Assembly (NCBI GenBank): GCA_951406725.2
Contig: OX597822.1
Location: 107,694,001-107,758,000, forward strand
Origin: Octopus vulgaris
Taxonomy: Eukaryota
Direction of reading: 5' to 3'
Length of the DNA: 64,000 nt
The position numbers and the translations under genes were made by a program. Below the pieces are notes generated by a model that was not told the DNA's origin, ran no database searches, and worked only from the letters and a program-made list of their open reading frames with translations. Shown here piece after piece: positions 41,080 to 54,558 of this stretch; position 1 is the first letter of the stretch; every line of letters starts with the position of its first letter.

Positions 41080-41240
41080 AAGGCAATCAAAAAATTTATT
41101 TTTTTATTGCCTCGATAACTGACGATAGTATGGGGTGGTTTATTAGCAATTTGACAACCTAAAGGCAATTTTATGAACATCACTAAAGTGACAGACGGCA
41201 CTAAGGAGTTCACATACATATGTATATATATATATATATA

Positions 41241-41582
41241 AAGGGTAAAGACCCCCTTCGGTCATGAATGACCATGGGATTGCACCTAGAAAGTTACCCT
41301 CCTAGACACAAGTCCGGGCAAGGTTGTTTATGGAAGGCCAGTAGTCGCCCATGCATACCAGCCTCTCCCATCCACGCCACTAGTGTTATCCAAGGGAAAG
41401 ACAAAGGTCGATACAGCTTGGCACCAGTGACGTCGCAACTCATTTCTACAGCTGAGTGAACTGGAGCAACGTGAAATAAAGTGCCTTGCTCAAGAACACA
41501 ACACGCAGCCCGGTCCGGGATTCGAGCTCACAACCTCACGATCGTAAGCTCGACGCTCTAACCACTGAGCCATGCGCCTTCT
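41241..41582 (-). mobile_element. tRNA-SINE family D
   Basis: ggcgcatggctcagtggttagagc...gagctcgaatccc head, ttcttgagcaaggcactt core; second copy at 46335-46640. Confidence 0.88.
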
Positions 41583-41608
41583 AGATATATATATATATAC
41601 ATACATAT

Positions 41609-41667
<59 letters not shown>

Positions 41668-42261
41668 CAGCTAGATAGGTATAGATAGACAGATAGATTG
41701 ATATAGATATATATATAGAAAGAGAGAGAGAGTGAGAGGGAGAGAGACATACATATACATATATACCAAGTAGTTTTGCAATGTTTTTTGTGAAAAGATA
41801 TGTGTTTATATCCACATTAAATTATCTAAAATGATTATACTGTGTTTGAAAAATGATTGAGCCAACTTGAATGAATGTAAAAATCGAGAATTTAGAAGTT
41901 TTTCGATCTCTGAATCCGGAAAGAAATCTGTTATCATTGTGTCTTTGGTGTTAGAAATTCATTTGCTAATATTTTAGAATTACTAAAGATGACGTGCTAT
42001 GTAAGCGTGAATAACATGTATGTGTGTATGTCTAGTTTATGCATAGTTGTTTTCGCGTGACGGCACATGCGAGCGTGAGACCACTGAATTCTGTGGTAAC
42101 TGACTTCTGCGCCTGTAATTGCATTGATCTGGCTTAAAATGAAAATTTGAAGACTACTAGACATCAGTGTAATCACAATATACAGTGAAACAGCAATTCC
42201 TTGTCTAAACAGCTGATAGAATAAAACATACCTCAAGAGTGATAATAACGTATATGCGTAC

Positions 42262-42302
<41 letters not shown>

Positions 42303-42394
42303 TCTATATATATATATATATACGTATATATATTTATATATGCATGTATATATATATATAGATGTATATACGTATATATATGTTTGTATGTATG

Positions 42395-42425
<31 letters not shown>

Positions 42426-42428
42426 ATG

Positions 42429-42468
<40 letters not shown>

Positions 42469-43476
42469 ATGTATGTGTATATATATATATATAGCGAGAA
42501 ATTGAGGTTATAAGAGATAATGGTGTCATTGAGACCCAAAGGTGTCAGGTAATGCTGAATAAGTGCTATAGACATACCATAGGTTCCAGATTAGGTAATA
42601 TTGCGAATAAAGGGTTCAACGTTGGTTCTATGTCGGTGTGTGTATATATATGTATATCTATAAATGCTCTAATATCTACACAGCCTTGGTTTTTTTTATC
42701 TTATTACTCAAAAAAATTCTTGTATATATATATGTTTTCTGTATATACATATATATATATATATGGGTGCGTGTGTGTGTATGTACGTGTGTGTCCGTGC
42801 GTGTGTGTGCATGTGTGTGTGTGTGTAGAGGTGAAGATTCTATACATTTTTGGGTGTGTGGTAAGGACGGCATAGACATATCATGTGAAATTTGTGTATG
42901 TAATGTTTTTTTCTATGGTGATATTATTCACCTTTTCTATCTAAAGGAAATCTTATTAACAAACAGGCCTGTCATTTTTGATCTAACCTAACAAGCAAAA
43001 GCACCTGGGTCATTTTTCGTATATCCTGATTAATTCATTTCTATTCCTTTTTCTCCTGTTGTTTTCTATTCGCTCGTCTTATTGACAAGTTAATCCAAAC
43101 CAGTGTTTTGTTTTATTTTCATTCAGTGATTTGTTTTCTTTTCATGCAAATATAATCACGATATCCTGCCCAAATGAATTTGGATATAAATTGTTGATAG
43201 TTGTAATATCTACAGCAAATGATAAGTTGATTTCCTTATCTTATGGCATGTTATCGAAATATTTTTGAGATCGAGTTTCAATGAACCAAATGCAAATTGA
43301 TGTAATAAAAGGACTTCCTCACACAATTCTCCTTGTTCGTAATTGTAACGTATTTATGGGCGTACAGATTACCGTCAGTCTAATATCCGGCGCCCATTGA
43401 TTAGCTTAATAAAGAAAACTTCAGTGCTAACGGCCTAATGAAATTATATGTGTGCGTGTGAGTGTGTGTGTCTGTA

Positions 43477-43682
43477 TACTCTTTACTCTTTTACTTGTTT
43501 CAGTCATTTGACTGCGGCCATGCTGGAGCACCACTTTTAGTCGAGCAAATCGACCCCGGGACTTATTCTACTTATTCTATCGGTCTCTTTTTGCCGAACC
43601 GCTAAGTGACGGGGACGTAAACGCACCAGCATCGGTTGTCAAGCGATGGTGGGGGGGGACAAACACAGACACACAAACATAT

Positions 43683-43728
<46 letters not shown>

Positions 43729-43954
43729 GACAGGTTTCTTTCAGTTTCCGTCTACCAAATCCACTCACAAGGCATTGGTCGGCCCGAGGCTATAGCAGAA
43801 GACACTTGCCCAAGATACCACGCAGTGGGACTGAACACGGAACCGTGTGGTTGGTAAGCAAGCTACTTACCACACAGCCACACCTGCGCCTATACAGCCA
43901 CTCTTGCGCCTATACAGCCACTCCTGCGCCTATACAGCCACTCCTGCGCCTATA
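43477..43954 (-). mobile_element. tRNA-SINE family A with 5' 20-mer repeated four times
   Basis: Full match to family A; cagccactcctgcgcctata x4 at 43875-43954. Confidence 0.92.
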
Positions 43955-43965
43955 TGTATATGTAT

Positions 43966-44180
43966 TTATAAAGTTAATCCAAACATGAAAACAAAAAGAG
44001 AAAACACAACAACGCGAGGACGTGGAACAAATATAATATTATTGGACGCTCAGGAAGGATGGGAAGAAGGGTTTAACGTTTCGAGCGGATCTCTTCGTCG
44101 GAAACATAGGAGAAGGAAAGGTCCAGAGAAGGGAAGACGGAGGAAAAGAAAAATCGCCAACGGTACACACGTAGTCACAT
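43966..44180 (-). mobile_element. Short PLE-type repeat with minimal HHR (44071-44105)
   Basis: GTTT-CCGACGA-A-GAG atccg CTC-GAA-ACGT-T-AAAC on minus strand (one core substitution), then TCCTGAGCGT as in the 23959 family. Confidence 0.65.
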
Positions 44181-44234
44181 GTATTTATCTATCTATCTAT
44201 TTACATATATATATATATAGGGAAAAACTATCCT

Positions 44235-44515
44235 AATTTCCAAACCCACTGCAACAGCAACCCCACAAAATTATTGAACAATAACTTGTCTTCCTACAAT
44301 TTACAAAGCTTTTACTGCAATAATATCGCAGAGAATGAGTAACCATCTGGATGAAACCTGTTTCATCCACATGTTTACCCAAAGCCAAGGGCTCATGCGG
44401 CTGTAAATATCAGTTACTGATCCATAAAGCCAGAACTGAAAACAGTCGTAGAAAGGAGGGTCTAAGTATTGCATGCATCGATTACCGAAAAGCTTTTCAT
44501 AGTATTCCCCACGTA
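44235..44515 (+). mobile_element. R4/Dong RT N-terminal remnant
   Basis: ITCLPTIYKAFTAIISQRMSNHL and GSCGCKYQLLIHKA...LSIACIDYRKAFHSIPH. Confidence 0.8.
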
Positions 44516-45052
44516 TTGAATACTACTAGGTGAAATTTGTTGATTTTATTAAATTAATTATATTTCACCCTATATCTGAAATGCTTATATATATATATAT
44601 ATATACATATATATGCAGAAGGAGATATATTTAAGAATTTATAAAAAAATTGGAGTGGAATAACAGACGTGTCTGTCTCACATTTTGTCTTGTGTGTAGA
44701 AACATTCCTTAGCTACACACGAGACAGAAAATGTCAGACAGAGCAGTTACTCCTATATATATATATATATATATATACTACCAAACAAACATGATTTTCA
44801 TTGAACTCAAATTACTTATTTCAGTCCCGTTCTCGAATGGTTTCTTGAATACTTCCTTGTAAACTGTTTCTAACATTTCCTTATCATTATCAAAGAATGT
44901 ATGACTATAGTTTAATACCTTTTTGATAAGCAGTACTTAACACAACAAAGCTTATACAAAGTTTTACATTTTACTTTTGACAATCTTTCTAAAAAAGTGA
45001 GACCGTTCAACTCAATAATCATCTCTAAAAGTCCATTGCATTTTCAAATATA

Positions 45053-45129
<77 letters not shown>

Positions 45130-45281
45130 GACGGACTTATTTCAGATCCCGACTACCGAAGCTTTGTTCGGCCCGAGGCTATAGTAGAAGACAACTGGCC
45201 AAGGTGCCATGCAGTGGGACTGAACCTAGAAGTATGTGGTTGGGAAGCAAGCTCCTTACAACACAGCCACTCCTGCGCCTA
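45130..45281 (-). mobile_element. SINE family A 5' part
   Basis: Matches family A head. Confidence 0.8.
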
Positions 45282-46334
45282 TTTGTATAAAATTTAATTT
45301 TTTATTTTATATTTTTATTCTGTGAATATTATTTCATTACTGTGTATTTGCACATATCAATCACATTATCATAGAACGGCATTTATTTCTGCAACTTTGG
45401 GTTGCATGGCCTTTTATTATCTCCTTGTATTTTAATTCATTGTATCTGATTATGTCCCGTAACTGACTCCTGTTTATTTGACTTCATTTATGTAATATTA
45501 TTTTCCCACTATTTTATTTGGTTTTTCTAGTGCTTTACCTTTTTTCTTGGTTATCATTTTCTTGTAATCTTTATCATTTTAGTTTACCCTATTGATTGGT
45601 GTATAATTTCATTAACTTCTAATCCTAATAAAATACCTATTTTATTTTATTTAATATTTTATTTTACCTAAATCTCCCGTATCGATTCCCGTATTATACA
45701 TTCTGAATAACTTGGAAAAATAAGCTACCTTAGATAAGCACATGACAACAAACACTAAGCTAGAACACCAGTAACATAATAGTAATCCAACAAGCTATGG
45801 CCTTTATATAGCAAAAATTATCAAGAGATGATCACTAGAGAAGTTTGTGGGTATCAAATTTCAATAAACGTTGATACTATTTAACCCTAGTAACAGTCTA
45901 CAACAAACTAAGACTAATGACTAGAAAGGGTTACCTTGGTTATTATGAATACAACCGTAACTAACTTTTCTCCCCTCCTCTTCCTTAATTTCCTGGTTTC
46001 TTCTCTCTCTCTCCCTCTCTGTCCGTCTTTTCCCTTTTATCCTCTTCTATTTTCCTATTTTCATTCTTTCATTCCATTACTCTTCACCTTTCTTTCTAAA
46101 TGTTTATTATTTTCGATTTCGTACACCTTTGCATAAAATCCGCCGGTTCTGAATACGATAACATTTATAACGGTCGTTCACCCTTTCCAAGCGATCACTC
46201 CACTGAGTCAGTAAACGGAAACATGAAAGCAAGTAAAATGCAAATGAGAAACAGATATAAGGCAACGATACACAAATAAATAAATGTATAAAACCCATTA
46301 TTTATGCTTTCTGTGGTATATCACACTATGAAAA

Positions 46335-46640
46335 CGGTAAAGGGAAAAGACCATGAAATATCACCTAGAAAGTTACCCTCCGATGCATAAGTCCGGGAAA
46401 GGATGTTTGTGGAAGACTATTAGTCAGCCATGCATACAAGCTTCCCTTCTCCACGCCACTGATGTTATCCAAGGGAAAGGCAGAGGCCGATACAGTTTGG
46501 CACAAGTGATGATACTGAGTGAAGTGGAGGAATGTGAAATAAAATGTCTTGCTCAAGAACCCAACAGAGCCTGGTCCGAGAATAGATCTTACAACATCAT
46601 GATTCTGAGCCTGACGCTCTAACCACTGAGCCACACACCA
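46335..46640 (-). mobile_element. tRNA-SINE family D, older copy
   Basis: Diverged match to 41241-41582. Confidence 0.8.
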
Positions 46641-46831
46641 TACTAAATTGGGAATGTAACCATGGACTGTTGGTGGATTACATCTCCAGATCACGTCTTA
46701 AGATTACCTGGAGATCTATATAATTCAAGAAAACCTACTGTTAGCCTGGTTTATTTATGTTGACAGGGGGCTTAAGGAGATTTCTGCTCAGATTGAAAAT
46801 ACCTTGTTATCCTTGTTATTAACTCTCTCTT

Positions 46832-46906
<75 letters not shown>

Positions 46907-47076
46907 GTATATACATATATGTATATATATATTACATATATATGTATATATATGTAATATATATACATACATCAAAATGTATGTATATATGTATATATAT
47001 TTATATACATATATATATATGTATATATGTATATAAATATATATACATATATGTACACATATATGCATATATAAAT

Positions 47077-47236
47077 GTGTGGCTGTGTGGTAAGTAGCTT
47101 GCTAACCAACCACATGGTTCCGGGTTCAGTCCCACTGCGTGGCATCTTAGGCAAGTGTCTTCTGCTATAGCCCCGGGCGGACCAATGCCTTGTGAGTGGA
47201 TTTGGTAGACGGAAACTGAAAGAAGCCTGTCGTATG

Positions 47237-47296
<60 letters not shown>

Positions 47297-47506
47297 TGTC
47301 TCTGTTTGTCTCCCTAGCATTGCTTGACAACCGATGCTGGTGTGTTTACGTCCCCGTCACTTAGCGGTTCGGCAAAAGAGACCGATAGAATAAGCACTGA
47401 GCTTACAAAGAATAAGTCCCGGGGTCGATTTGCTCGACTAAAGGCGGTGCTCCAGCATGGCCGCAGTCAAATGACTGAAACAAGTAAAAGAGTAAAGAGT
47501 AAAAGA

Positions 47507-47508
<2 letters not shown>
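47077..47508 (+). mobile_element. tRNA-SINE family A
   Basis: Close match to 35091-35492. Confidence 0.92.
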
Positions 47509-47601
<93 letters not shown>

Positions 47602-48360
47602 CATGTAGTAATAATTAAATTTGATTAAACAACCGAAAGAAAGAAATACTTTTCTAATACAGCATTCACCGTTATTTCAAAAGCATTCAAGTAAATATAC
47701 AATGATTTCGTTTCATTTCAGGTTACACAGGATGTTTTAAAATTTTCGTATTATTTAAAATGGTGAAACGAAACTTTACTATTCGAAAACACTTGTTTTA
47801 TACATGACAAACTTTCAAACTTAAGTTGACCTTCAATATGATATCGCTGAACCAGGACATAAAAGATGAACCCAAATGTTGTCTATGTAAGACAATAGAA
47901 ATATATTCTTGCCACAATCGATTTGGCATTACTGAAGTAAAATCCAAAGAAGAATAAAATCTTTATCTTGCGCCTGCTGCAAGTCTTGAAAATAGATTAT
48001 ATGTCAGAGTATAAACAATATCATTCACCACTTTGAGTTATCTACAAATAACATTTATGACGTAACAATAAAAGATTGCCATCTTAACCTTTTATATAAA
48101 GAGTTTATTGAGTACCTTCAAGTTAATTCACGACATAATTTATGGTAATGTATGTTAATCTATGTATCATTCGTCTTCAGAACTGCCATTAAAATATCTT
48201 TCAATATCAGTGAGTTGCATTCGTTATATAAAAATCGAATCAAAGTTGCTATATATTTTTAAATTCCAAATTGTGCAAAATTATATAAACCACAATACGC
48301 ATTAACATACATACATACTTACATACATACATACATACATACATTCACATATACACATAT

Positions 48361-48900
<540 letters not shown>

Positions 48901-48929
48901 ATGTATATTCCGTATTGGGACGTGGCTTT

Positions 48930-50390
48930 TTTTTAATCCAAGTTCGTTATCCAATACAACACGATGAACTCTATCTAGGATATGATGCTAACTATCAATA
49001 AATTGTGATTCTTTGAAACTCATTTCAGCAAACAGTCTTTGCAATTGAATTACAATGACATTTCTTTTCCCAGTGTTCACACACATTGAATCAGCGACAA
49101 TCATCTTTACACAGTTCTATAAATTGTATTCATCTAAAACAACCGTTATTCCTTTCACAGCACTATCGGCTTTTCCCTTTGGTAATTGGAGTGCTTCTAA
49201 CTTAACTTCTCACTGTTCATTCTTTAAAACTAGCACTTGGTATTCTTGGTCATCAATACGTTTACCATTAAAATGCAATGACAAGTTTTCTAAATGTAGT
49301 ATTTTCATTTTCGTTTTTAGTTGAACATCTCCTTTGATACTCGATCTGTAAATACCAGATTGGGAAGGATTCTTAACATCTATCCCATCTTGAGATAAGT
49401 GTCGACAAACTGTTGCTGCTTTTGTGGTCGATAGCTTGGAAGATATTAGTAACTTGGTTGGAGTTCCAGTTTTGATACACTTCCTCCTTGCTTATGTCGA
49501 TTCATCATCTGATTTTTAGGACTCTTGATATTCACTTTCAGTCACTGCTTCAGACGTTTAAGTTGGTATTAAGGACCCATTTCTTCTTTTGGATGGATGG
49601 ATAGTTTTGGAACTGGCTGCCTTTCCAACCTGTTCCTTCCTTTCAATTTGAAGATTATATAACCTTCTATACTCATTGCACAGCAATTTACCATTTTCCT
49701 TTGTGATTTGAAAAATCACTTTCAATGAATCCCATTTTCCTCGTTTTACACATTGATCTTAGGTATTCCTAAAGCTCCACGAGGCTCCGGCAGGGGGTGG
49801 TGGGGATCCCTGCTGTACTCTTTCACCACAACTTTCTCTCACTCTTACTTCCTGTTTCTGTTGTACCTGTATTTTAAAGGGCCGGCCTTGTCACTCTCTG
49901 TGTCACGCTGAATATCCCCGAGAACTACGTTAAGGGTACACGTGTCTGTGGAGTGCTCAGCCACTTACACGTTAATTTCACGAGCAGCCTGTTCCGTTGA
50001 TTCGGATCAACCGGAACCCTCGTCGTCGTAACCGACGGAGTGCTTCCATCCCCATCCTAGGTATTCAGCACTTTGTTCTACTTTTGCTTGTATATTACAT
50101 TTTGAATTGATAACTATGGGTAATTTAATTCCTTTTGTCATAAAAAAATGTTACTTCTTTTGAAATTTCCTTTGGTCTTTCTTACCTTCCTTTGATGGTA
50201 TCTCCAAGGTAGCGACCGACAATTTGACGTTTCTTTGGTATTCTGCTGTTGTTTTCCAAAGAATATTCTTCTTGAGGAACAAGTCTTCCGTTCCTATCTG
50301 AGTATTGAAATGGCACGATACAGTTCGTCCTGATTTTCGTTTCCTTTAGTGACACAAGAACTTCTCTTTTGAGACATTATTTTAGATAGT
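48930..50390 (-). mobile_element. hAT-superfamily (hATm-like) transposase remnant, interrupted by a SINE
   Basis: SLHFNGKRIDDQEYQVLVLKNEQ*EVKLEALQLPKGKA...LDEYNL*NCVKMIVADSMCVNTGKRNVIV...HHILDRV fits LHxDGK / DTTxxNTG / CxHH motifs; upstream boundary uncertain. Confidence 0.7.
49769..50057 (+). mobile_element. 5'-truncated SINE family C (tail type 1) with TSD
   Basis: TSD taggtattc at 49760-49768 and 50058-50066. Confidence 0.9.
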
Positions 50391-50801
50391 CTAGTTGGAT
50401 AAGCCTAATATTCTGAAAAACAGTTAATATAGTCAGAGCTTTTAGCGTCACATAAATAAAAAGGCGAAGAAGAGAATATTTCCCAAAGTAGGGCCTCTAA
50501 GCGACAATAAATTTAAAACACAATAACTCCTAACCTACTTAAACTTGAAAGCTGAAATTTGAGATATACAGCTTCTGCAATGCATTAGGTAAGCACACCA
50601 AATTTGGAAAAACTTGCGTAGGCAAATCCCCACCTCCTAGAATTTTGCATGATTTTGGTCAAAAGTGGAGGCACATTTCTTCAGCTGGGGTGACATTTAA
50701 AACAAAATCTTAAAATAGATGTTATTTTCCCCCTACTCATATGTAACTGTTCATTGAATTTTGATAGTGTGAGTTGTTTACTTCCCCAGAAACTCTGTCA
50801 T

Positions 50802-50851
<50 letters not shown>

Positions 50852-50871
50852 ATATATATATATATATATAT

Positions 50872-51087
<216 letters not shown>

Positions 51088-51862
51088 GAGAGAGAGAGAG
51101 AGAGAGAGAGATAAATAAATATGTATACATAGGTGTGTAAATATATAAATATATGTAAGTATATTAATTACACCACACATTATTACAGCCGATCTTACCA
51201 ATTGATTTCATTACTAAATAACTGGGTACTAAATTAATTGAAGAGATCGGATGTAATAGTTCAATAATACTGTATATTTCGATTAATATACATAATCGAT
51301 TGTAAAATGTGATGTGATTGTGCCTATTTCTTGTGACATATAGACAGAGAGAACTATTACTCAAAGACGTATATACCTTGCATTCATATGATTTATAATG
51401 CGTTAAGGAAATAGCTCTTATCCCATGTCAGTTGATGCTTGTTTTGATTTTTGCCCAATATTATGAACCCTACGTTGGCTAATTTAATGAATATCTAAGT
51501 GAATGTTTGTATGTGTGTGCTCTCCGTAGTTGTGTGCACTTAGAAGCAAGGCTTCTACTTTACATAATTTATGTATCTATGCCCACACAAACATACACAC
51601 TTATAGAGACACAAGTACGTGACAAGTACGTAAATATATACCCTCAAACACATCATTTTATGTTTATTCTAACTTGTAAAGTTTTATATTTTTTATTAAT
51701 TGACATTCGTATGTATCAGGTTCTATATGACTGATTAATCATGCCATGTATAAAAAGAAGCCTTTTCTAATATCTCTACATATCTCACATCTATTTTCAT
51801 TCCTCCACCTCACTCACAATTTCTTATATAAATTAACTATTATTTAACCATACTCTCACAGC

Positions 51863-51968
51863 GTCTCAGATTAAGGGATATAATAAATATCGTGGAAACA
51901 GCTGTAAGATCTACTATCTATAAATATTCAAAGATTTACACAGCTTTGGTTTTTTTTATCTCATTACA
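51863..51968 (+). mobile_element. PLE-type repeat end with decayed type I HHR (51863-51910)
   Basis: GTCT-cagatta-a-ggGATA taataaa TATCgtg-GAA-ACAGCTGT-A-AGAT; tail tacacagc.ttggttttttt also at ~42677-42700. Confidence 0.6.
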
Positions 51969-51984
51969 AAATATATATATATAC

Positions 51985-52045
<61 letters not shown>

Positions 52046-52079
52046 TATAAATATATATATATATATATGTATATATGTA

Positions 52080-52425
52080 TAGGCACAGGAGTGGCTGTTT
52101 GGTAAGTATCTTGCTTACCAACCACATGGTTCCGGGTTCAGTCCCAATGCGTGCCACCCTAGGCAAGTATCTTCTACTATAGCCTAGGGCCGACCAAAGC
52201 CTTGTGAGTGGATTTGGTAGACGGAAACTGAAAGAAGCCCGTCGTATATATGTATGTGTGTGTGTGTGTATTGGTATGTTTACGTTCCGTAACTTAGCGG
52301 TTCGGCAAAACAAACCGATAGAATAACTACTAGGTTTACAAAGAATAAGTCCTAGGGTTGATTTGCTCGACTAAAGGCGGTGCTCTAGCATGGCGGCAAT
52401 GAAGTGACTGAAACAAGTAAAAGAG
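52080..52425 (+). mobile_element. tRNA-SINE family A
   Basis: Match to family A with internal deletion. Confidence 0.9.
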
Positions 52426-52463
52426 TATATATATGTATATATATGTATATACATACATATACA

Positions 52464-52525
<62 letters not shown>

Positions 52526-52544
52526 CATACATAAACTTAGACTT

Positions 52545-53465
52545 AGATAAACTTAGATATGTTTCGACCAAAGATTGGTCCAGGCCATGTCTAACTTAAT
52601 AGCACCACCTGATAGGATTATTCGAATCCTGTTTAAGTCAAGTTTTGTTCAAGTAGTGAGTTCTTGTTGGGTGAGTTGTATCCAGTTTTGTTCAAGTAGT
52701 GAGTTCTTGTTGGGTGAGTTGTATCCAATTATGGGTGGCTTATCTGGTATTCTTTGAAGGAATTTATCCAGACTCTGTTTAAAGTTGATGGGATCCTTTT
52801 CCTCTTTGATCTCTCTCGGGACAATGTTAAATAGGGCAGGGCCTGTTGAGGAAAAGAAATTATGTTGCAGTGTGCATGTATGTTGTGATCTTGAATTGGG
52901 CAGGGGACGTATAGCCCGTGGTCCAAGTCTTGGATGAACCTTGAAGCTAATGTTTAGGTCGTTTGGGCATAGTTGGCGGTATATTTTCCACATCGTACAA
53001 ATGATGTACCGCTCACGGCGACGCTGGAGGGAGTAAAGTTTCAAGGCTTTAAGGCGATCCCAATAATCGAGAGCAGCCATGCCTTCAATTAGTTTAGTGA
53101 GTGCCCTCTGGGGTGACTCAATTCTGGAGATGTTTTGTCTTGTGTGAGGAGACCACAGTGGGCAGCAGTATTCAAGGTGTGGCCGTACAAAGGAAGAAAA
53201 AAGTGGTATGATGACACCTTGTTCTCTGGACCGGAAAGTTCTTAAGATCCAGGAACTCATCCTACGAGCTATATCGACCTTCTTGTTGATGTGTGCACTC
53301 CAACTGAGATCGTCATCAACAATTCCACCCAGGTCTCTGATATTGTTAGAGGCTGTGAGCGGTTCCCCTGAAGGAAGAGAGTATGGCTGTTTTAGTGAGG
53401 AGTTTCTTCCAAAATGCATCAGCTCAAATTTTCCCTCGTTCAGTTGCATTTTGTTTCTGTCTGCC
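52545..53465 (-). mobile_element. 5'-truncated CR1-group LINE 3' end, ORF still open
   Basis: 266-aa ORF: IRDLGGIVD, FVRPHLEYCCPLWSP, LYSLQRRRERY; 43-bp tandem duplication 52641-52726; short-repeat tail (tctaag). Confidence 0.93.
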
Positions 53466-53480
53466 CATACATATATATGA

Positions 53481-53512
<32 letters not shown>

Positions 53513-54524
53513 TTACGTACACACATTTATTATATATATATATTATACATGGAGAGAGAGAGAGAGAGGGGGGAGGATTGAGGATGAAGGACGGAGAGAT
53601 ATAAACGGAAGATGAGAGATTGTATATATATATTTATTTTCCCCATCTTATGCACGTTCATTTATATAAGTTTGATATCTGTATTATATTTCAAAATACA
53701 TAATGCACATTACACAGTCAACACTATCAAATCGTCAGAGACGCCTATTTACTAAACATAACATAGTTACTGAAAAGGTGACACTCGCCGTGGTTTGCAG
53801 AGCCAAAGATAACATATTTATCCTACAGTGTATCCTAGTAGGATTGTTATTACTATTTATTCTCACTATATACTGAAATCACCGCATTTTACAAAGTTAT
53901 ATCAATTTTCCAATTATATATGCTGTAGGTGTGTTTTCAAACCAGTGTGTCTTTTTGGAATAATTACTGAATGGCGTATTTACGTGCGGCCATAATATAT
54001 AGAGAGCCTTATATAAAAAACGTTTCACTTTGTAATACATAAAACATGGCTGCTACTATGGAGTTTTTATAAAATTTACAATGGATCTAAAAAAATTTTA
54101 AGTGTCATTTTCCGATATGAAATAGGTATATTAAAAACTAAATTATTCATAGGAAACCATTATCTGATCAAAAGTGTAACCATGATGTTAGTAGAGAATT
54201 GTGGTTATATGTTTTATTTATATATAATGCATATATACTAAATACTCTATGTATATATATATATATATACACTATACATGACATCACACACAAAGATATA
54301 CATAATACTTACATAATGCATCACACATACATACATACACACATGCATATATATCTACGTGCATTCATACATATTTTATGTGTTATGAGTGTGAGTGTGT
54401 ATGTGCAATAAAAATAAGATAAAGTGCAAAGGCACGACGCAATAAATTTATGATTGCAGTTATTACCTTGATACTCTGGCGCACACACACGCATGCACAA
54501 CCAGTAACAGACACAATTACACCC

Positions 54525-54558
<34 letters not shown>

